A stretch of 20,000 nt of DNA from an uncultured virus (IMG/VR IMGVR_UViG_3300027741_000054) (taxonomy: Duplodnaviria > Heunggongvirae > Uroviricota > Caudoviricetes). Numbering within the stretch: the first letter of the stretch is position 1; the number at the start of each line of letters is the position of its first letter. Under the pieces are notes generated by a model that did no database searches, had not been told where the DNA came from, and worked only from the letters and a program-made list of their open reading frames with translations. The stretch lies in IMG/VR virus record IMGVR_UViG_3300027741_000054; one strand, written 5' to 3'. Both the position numbers and the translations under genes were made by a program. Below are positions 16,399-20,000 of the stretch, piece after piece.

Positions 16399-16662
16399 TT
16401 ACGCCATTTTCTCCTGGGACATTCCTTTTTCAACGGCGTCAACCATACCCATTTCAACTTCGGGTTGCCCTGAAGATTGTTCAGCAGCTTTCTCTGCTTT
16501 AGCCTCAGAAGCAGATTCGTCAACTTCTGAACCCTCAACTGCCGTTACGTACATGGTATTGCCCTTAAAATAACCACTGGCCATGAAATCAAACGAATCG
16601 CCTTCTTTTACACCTTCCGGAGGTGTAAAGCCTTTGGGTACGGGGAAAGAGATATTTTTCAT
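16399..16662 (-). CDS. Hypothetical acidic protein (87 aa)
   Basis: ATG at 16662 (MKNISFPVPKGFTPPEGVKEG...). The track's start at 16719 would read through the GC hairpin. Confidence 0.7.
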   Translation of the reverse strand: MKNISFPVPKGFTPPEGVKEGDSFDFMASGYFKGNTMYVTAVEGSEVDESASEAKAEKAAEQSSGQPEVEMGMVDAVEKGMSQEKMA

Positions 16663-16688
16663 AAAATAGAGTTTGTAAAAGAGTATGA

Positions 16689-16715
16689 TCCCCCGGGGGA
16701 TAGAACCCCGGGGGA
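16689..16715 (-). terminator. GC-rich hairpin after the capsid/head-fibre genes; probable leaky terminator or mRNA 3' stabiliser
   Basis: 10-bp stem tcccccgggg / ccccggggga with a 7-nt loop, 11 nt after the stop at 16727, followed by a weak interrupted U-tract (UCAUACUCUUUU). Confidence 0.65.
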
Positions 16716-16726
16716 CCAATTAGTTA

Positions 16727-16957
16727 TTAGCTACCTTCGGCGGGAAGGTTCAGATTTTTGATCAAAGCCAAAATAGTATTGACCTTGGTTGCAATCTGAG
16801 CAGTTGTTGCGGTACCGGTATTCAGATCGGCGAGAGACGTTGTGGCGTCTGCAAGCGTAGATCCAGTGGTATTCCACTCGGGGCCTTTATTCAAGACTCC
16901 GCGAATTTGCGCAGCAAGAACCTTATTCTGCGTTGCTGTTTGAAGAGGGAAAGCCAT
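16727..16957 (-). CDS. Head fibre / capsid decoration-like protein (76 aa)
   Basis: AAAGGAG SD, directly after the capsid gene. 'ATTAQIATKVNTILALIK' resembles the helical motif of phage head-fibre-type proteins. Confidence 0.55.
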   Translation of the reverse strand: MAFPLQTATQNKVLAAQIRGVLNKGPEWNTTGSTLADATTSLADLNTGTATTAQIATKVNTILALIKNLNLPAEGS

Positions 16958-16979
16958 ATTGATGGTCTCCTTTCTTCAA

Positions 16980-18374
16980 TTAGCTAACGTAGTCAAGGCT
17001 GATGGCAGGCCGTGTGTGCAGAACGACATAGCCGTACTGCGGGAACACGGGCCGAGCGCCACTGGCTACAACACCGCGAAAATACCCGACATTACCATCT
17101 GGGTTATTCTCTCGATCCAAGATGTTAACCCATTTGAACTCACCACGGTAGTTCTGGGGGTTGAAACCCATCTTGCTGTCAGTCGACATCGGAGTAGGCA
17201 CCACGGAACGATATACATCTTGGTGGAAGATGTAGCTGATTTCGTAGGATGCCGTCTCGTATGCGGGGTTAATGTTGTAGGCCGTACCCTTGGTCGTGGT
17301 CTCCTTACGAAAAGGATAAATACGGATCAAGTTCTGCGGAGACGAATTATACGTCATAAACCGCGGAGGATACGGGTCAATTGCGTGGTAGAAGCCACCG
17401 TAAGAACGCTCAATACCAAGAGGGGTGAGCAATTCATTCGGCTTGGCATACCGGAAATCCTGTCGGATGTCGGCATTCAAGCGAATGAGGTTCTCGCTGG
17501 TTTCAGCACCGCAAATCAACATGAACACCGGGGCTCCGTTTTCACGGCCCATGGCGTTAGTACCCGCGCCGTCGCGGATAAGTTTCATGTAGAGCCGTTT
17601 CAGGATGCCCTGAGTCAGCTGGCTCTGCGGAAGATTCGCCGCAGTGATTGATCCCGAAGCAGCCGTAGCAACGCCGTTAACTACAGCGGTGTAAACGACT
17701 TTTGCATCACCAGTAGTGGTAGAAGTGGAAGCCACAATACCGTTAGCAACAGTGCTGGGGTAAACAAGGTTTCCTTCATTTGCAACTGCTTTGGTGTACA
17801 GATTCCGATAACGGTCCTGCCAAACCAAGGAAGTCGACTCAGTGAGGACATCCATGATGTTGGAGAGCTGTTCCCGGCGTTTCACTGCGAAGCGCAAGTC
17901 TTCCAGCGAGATATCGGGGGAGTCAACCGAAGCCCATTCCAGGCTGTACTGACGGAGTTTCTGCCCGAAGGTAACTCCGCTCAATTTTGCTGGGAGGACG
18001 TTTCCAGTTGAAGAACTGGATGCTACGGGTAACCCGTCGCCAGCTGTACTGACAGCCTGCGTAAAGGGGTTAAAGCCTTGGTAGTCTTGTGAGACCTGAT
18101 TGGATCCCAAAGTTCTCCACCCGGTTCCTGCATCTTGCTTAATGTCATTGGCTGTATAACCAACTGTGGTATCAGCGGCAGTGGCCAATATGCTGGAAGG
18201 ATAGAAACGTTCGAAGGTGACCGAACTGATCACATCGCCCATCTCCTCGGGGAAGGTTTCTTGCTTGGTCAGTTTGAGCCAAGCGGAGGTGTCGATCGTC
18301 CGGCGATAAATTTCCGGTCCGATACGACCCGCTTCTTTTACAAGAAGCTGTTGAATCGAGTACGTAGTAGACAT
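16980..18374 (-). CDS. Major capsid protein (464 aa)
   Basis: Follows the scaffold-like gene, has its own promoter and a downstream hairpin, and shows codon bias with a long antisense shadow ORF. Motifs (SPDISLEDLRF, SQLTQGILKRLY, NPQNYRGEFKWVNI) are recalled from capsid proteins of uncultured aquatic phages. Confidence 0.8.
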   Translation of the reverse strand: MSTTYSIQQLLVKEAGRIGPEIYRRTIDTSAWLKLTKQETFPEEMGDVISSVTFERFYPSSILATAADTTVGYTANDIKQDAGTGWRTLGSNQVSQDYQGFNPFTQAVSTAGDGLPVASSSSTGNVLPAKLSGVTFGQKLRQYSLEWASVDSPDISLEDLRFAVKRREQLSNIMDVLTESTSLVWQDRYRNLYTKAVANEGNLVYPSTVANGIVASTSTTTGDAKVVYTAVVNGVATAASGSITAANLPQSQLTQGILKRLYMKLIRDGAGTNAMGRENGAPVFMLICGAETSENLIRLNADIRQDFRYAKPNELLTPLGIERSYGGFYHAIDPYPPRFMTYNSSPQNLIRIYPFRKETTTKGTAYNINPAYETASYEISYIFHQDVYRSVVPTPMSTDSKMGFNPQNYRGEFKWVNILDRENNPDGNVGYFRGVVASGARPVFPQYGYVVLHTRPAISLDYVS

Positions 18375-18394
18375 AGTAGTAGTTATTTCCTTTC

Positions 18395-18597
18395 AACCTT
18401 CCCCTGCTCACGCAAAGGGTAGGTTATGATTTATGATGATTACGCCAGCCCCTATCGAGGCTATCCGCTTTCACCACTTTTCAAAACTTTTCCCTGGCGG
18501 CATCCCAGAGCTTTTAATGCCCGAATTCTGCTAGACCGTCTCAATCTTTATAGGTCTTGTCTGGTAAGGATCTCAATCTTTATACCTGTACCGGACT
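18395..18597 (-). ncRNA. Candidate structured cis-regulatory RNA (5' leader of the capsid mRNA)
   Basis: Five consecutive stem-loops at 18559-18596, 18533-18557, 18499-18521, 18447-18462 (within CGCCAG/CUGGCG 18443-18499) and 18395-18425 (GUGA tetraloop), then AAAGGA SD at 18393..18388. Confidence 0.55.
18539..18584 (-). repeat. 14-bp direct repeat TATAAAGATTGAGA x2, 32-bp period
   Basis: Plus-strand tctcaatctttata at 18539-18552 and 18571-18584. Confidence 0.95.
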
Positions 18598-18602
18598 AGT
18601 TA

Positions 18603-18630
18603 AAAGTATCAACCGGATAGAACGTGTCAA
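18603..18630 (-). promoter_or_regulatory. sigma70-like extended -10 promoter for the capsid gene, TTGACA-N16-(TGa)TACTTT
   Basis: -35 TTGACA at 18630..18625 with AT-rich upstream sequence; -10 at 18608..18603 preceded by TGn; predicted +1 about 18597/18596. Confidence 0.65.
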
Positions 18631-18644
18631 TACTTTAATCAAAA

Positions 18645-19871
18645 TTATTTTAATCCGCGCTCCAAGGCTTCCAAGAACCCTAAATCAGCTGGTACATCTA
18701 CTGCTGATTCCTTTGATCCGCCAGAAGAAGGTAGGCTAGATCTAAGATCTTTAGCCAGCTGTTCCAGCTCGGAAATACGAGACTGCGTTTTACTTACATA
18801 GTCTTGGAATACGTTCATTACCACTGGCATAGCAGCGGCATTAAACGTTAATCTAGCTTTTGAACGAGAATCAAGTTCGGTATTTTCAATATCCAAAGCC
18901 TGCTTTTGAATGTTTTGAATCGTATTATTCCACTGTTCATTTCCCTCAATAGGACGTAAAAGGGCGTTTTCTTTCTGCATATTCTCCCACTCACTTTGAT
19001 AAGCAGTTTGAATTTCGGCTTGTGTTCTCTTCTGAAACGCTTCTTGTTGCTGTTTTTCCTCGGATTCAATCAACTGCAAAACGGTATTAACGTCTTTAGT
19101 TAGAATATCTCTGCGAGCAAATACTTTGTGAAGTTCTTCGGCTTTGTTTCGAACAGCAAGGGAATCAACGGGGTCAAAAGCGCTGGTTGCCTCTTTTAGT
19201 AATGCCCTACGTTTAGCTGGATCGGATTCAGCCATGGCAACATACAGATTGCGGGGATCGATGTTTTCATAAAGAGCGGCAATATCAGCCACTTCTTTTT
19301 GCAAACTTGTTAAAGGCTCGGTAACGGCCTGTTTGTACTCGCGAGTTGATTCAAGTCTTGAAAACTTTAATTCGTTCTCATACTCGTCTCGTTCCGACTT
19401 AAGAGTGTCTAGCTGGCTTTGCAAGCTGGCTTGTTCAACGGAAGTGTTGGAGGTATCCGACATCTTTGTCTCAAGATCTTTAAGTTTTGCTCGGGCGTCA
19501 CGCAAATCTTTGGTAAGTCGCGCCCAAGCTGTTTGAGCTTCAGGCTTTAAATTTTCAGGCGTTTTGATGTCTAGGTCTAAATCCAAATCCTTCTTGGAAT
19601 CAATCAAGCTCTCTTCTTTTCCGGTCAAGCGTTTTGTGAGGATATCAAGAGGATTGGTTTTTTCGGAGGCATCGCTTTTAGAATTAACAACTGGTTCTGA
19701 AGATTTTGCTACTTCAGGAGTAGAGATAGTGGTAGTCGGAGTTGTGGAAACCGATGGTGTTTCTGCCGCTTTATTAATAGATTCAAATCCTGCATCTACT
19801 GCGTCGGCAAGAGATACGAAGTCATTTCCCGAAGATGCTGGGGCTTGTGGTGTTGCTGTTGTTTCGCTCAT
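18645..19871 (-). CDS. Putative capsid scaffolding protein (408 aa)
   Basis: TAAGGA SD before ATG 19871 (MSETTATPQ...). S/T/P-rich disordered N-terminus, long acidic coiled coils, short C-terminal amphipathic helix (FLEALERGLK); directly upstream of the capsid gene. Confidence 0.7.
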   Translation of the reverse strand: MSETTATPQAPASSGNDFVSLADAVDAGFESINKAAETPSVSTTPTTTISTPEVAKSSEPVVNSKSDASEKTNPLDILTKRLTGKEESLIDSKKDLDLDLDIKTPENLKPEAQTAWARLTKDLRDARAKLKDLETKMSDTSNTSVEQASLQSQLDTLKSERDEYENELKFSRLESTREYKQAVTEPLTSLQKEVADIAALYENIDPRNLYVAMAESDPAKRRALLKEATSAFDPVDSLAVRNKAEELHKVFARRDILTKDVNTVLQLIESEEKQQQEAFQKRTQAEIQTAYQSEWENMQKENALLRPIEGNEQWNNTIQNIQKQALDIENTELDSRSKARLTFNAAAMPVVMNVFQDYVSKTQSRISELEQLAKDLRSSLPSSGGSKESAVDVPADLGFLEALERGLK

Positions 19872-19888
19872 TGTTTTTTTTTTCCTTA

Positions 19889-20000
19889 TTAGTTTATGGT
19901 TTCTGTTTTGGTTTCCCAAGGCTCTGGCAGTTCGTCCTTCTGGACAAAGTCTTCAGACAGTGAATTTAAAACACGAATGACTTCAAAGTAACCTTCCCGG
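19889..20000 (-). CDS. 3' end of a hypothetical protein (partial)
   Basis: Open frame ...REGYFEVIRVLNSLSEDFVQKDELPEPWETKTETIN* ending TAA at 19891..19889, just before the scaffold SD. Confidence 0.6.
   Translation of the reverse strand, partial: REGYFEVIRVLNSLSEDFVQKDELPEPWETKTETIN

Noticed and set aside
16958..16990. T7 10A/10B-style frameshift fusing the capsid to the 76-aa gene
   Set aside because: The downstream frame has a TGA 1 nt after the capsid stop, and the 76-aa gene has its own strong SD.
16959..17651. 230-aa plus-strand ORF antisense to the capsid gene
   Set aside because: Shadow ORF in codon register with a codon-biased gene; no recognisable protein features.
18539..18584. 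Mini-CRISPR array
   Set aside because: Only two 14-bp repeats with an 18-bp gap, too short for CRISPR repeats and spacers; no cas genes.
18375..18600. Known riboswitch or tRNA in the capsid leader
   Set aside because: I could not match a cloverleaf or any riboswitch consensus I know; an Rfam search is needed to exclude this formally.
1..20000. Alternative genetic code / stop-codon reassignment
   Set aside because: Standard-code ORFs tile the minus strand with tight ATGA/TAATG junctions and no fragmentation.

Overview
This 20 kb window is a densely packed, minus-strand virion-assembly and lysis region of a tailed dsDNA phage, probably podovirus-like. The putative u-spanin implies a Gram-negative host; the Verrucomicrobia/PVC hint is weak. 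In transcription order (right to left): partial small ORF, scaffold-like protein, ~220-nt structured leader, major capsid protein, head-fibre-like protein, GC hairpin, small ORFs including an XhlA-like membrane protein, a putative head-spike base plus 'LGLG' spike pair, a lysis cassette (u-spanin-like lipoprotein, 3-TM holin, signal-bearing CHAP endolysin), a free-standing PD-(D/E)XK nuclease, three fibre-like proteins, a tail nozzle-like protein, two Ig-repeat/beta-propeller adhesins, a stand-alone paralog of one adhesin's N-terminal domain, an adaptor-like protein and two probable ejection proteins. The most notable signals are (1) twin hairpins with different stems but the same 14-nt loop sequence starting at the predicted +1 of the capsid transcript, (2) four TTGACW-N16-YAnnnT promoter-like sites, (3) repeated insertion of extra domains inside structural proteins, (4) an RcGTA-like head-spike gene pair, and (5) a coiled-coil u-spanin candidate. 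All product calls come from motif recognition and gene context; no database search was run.
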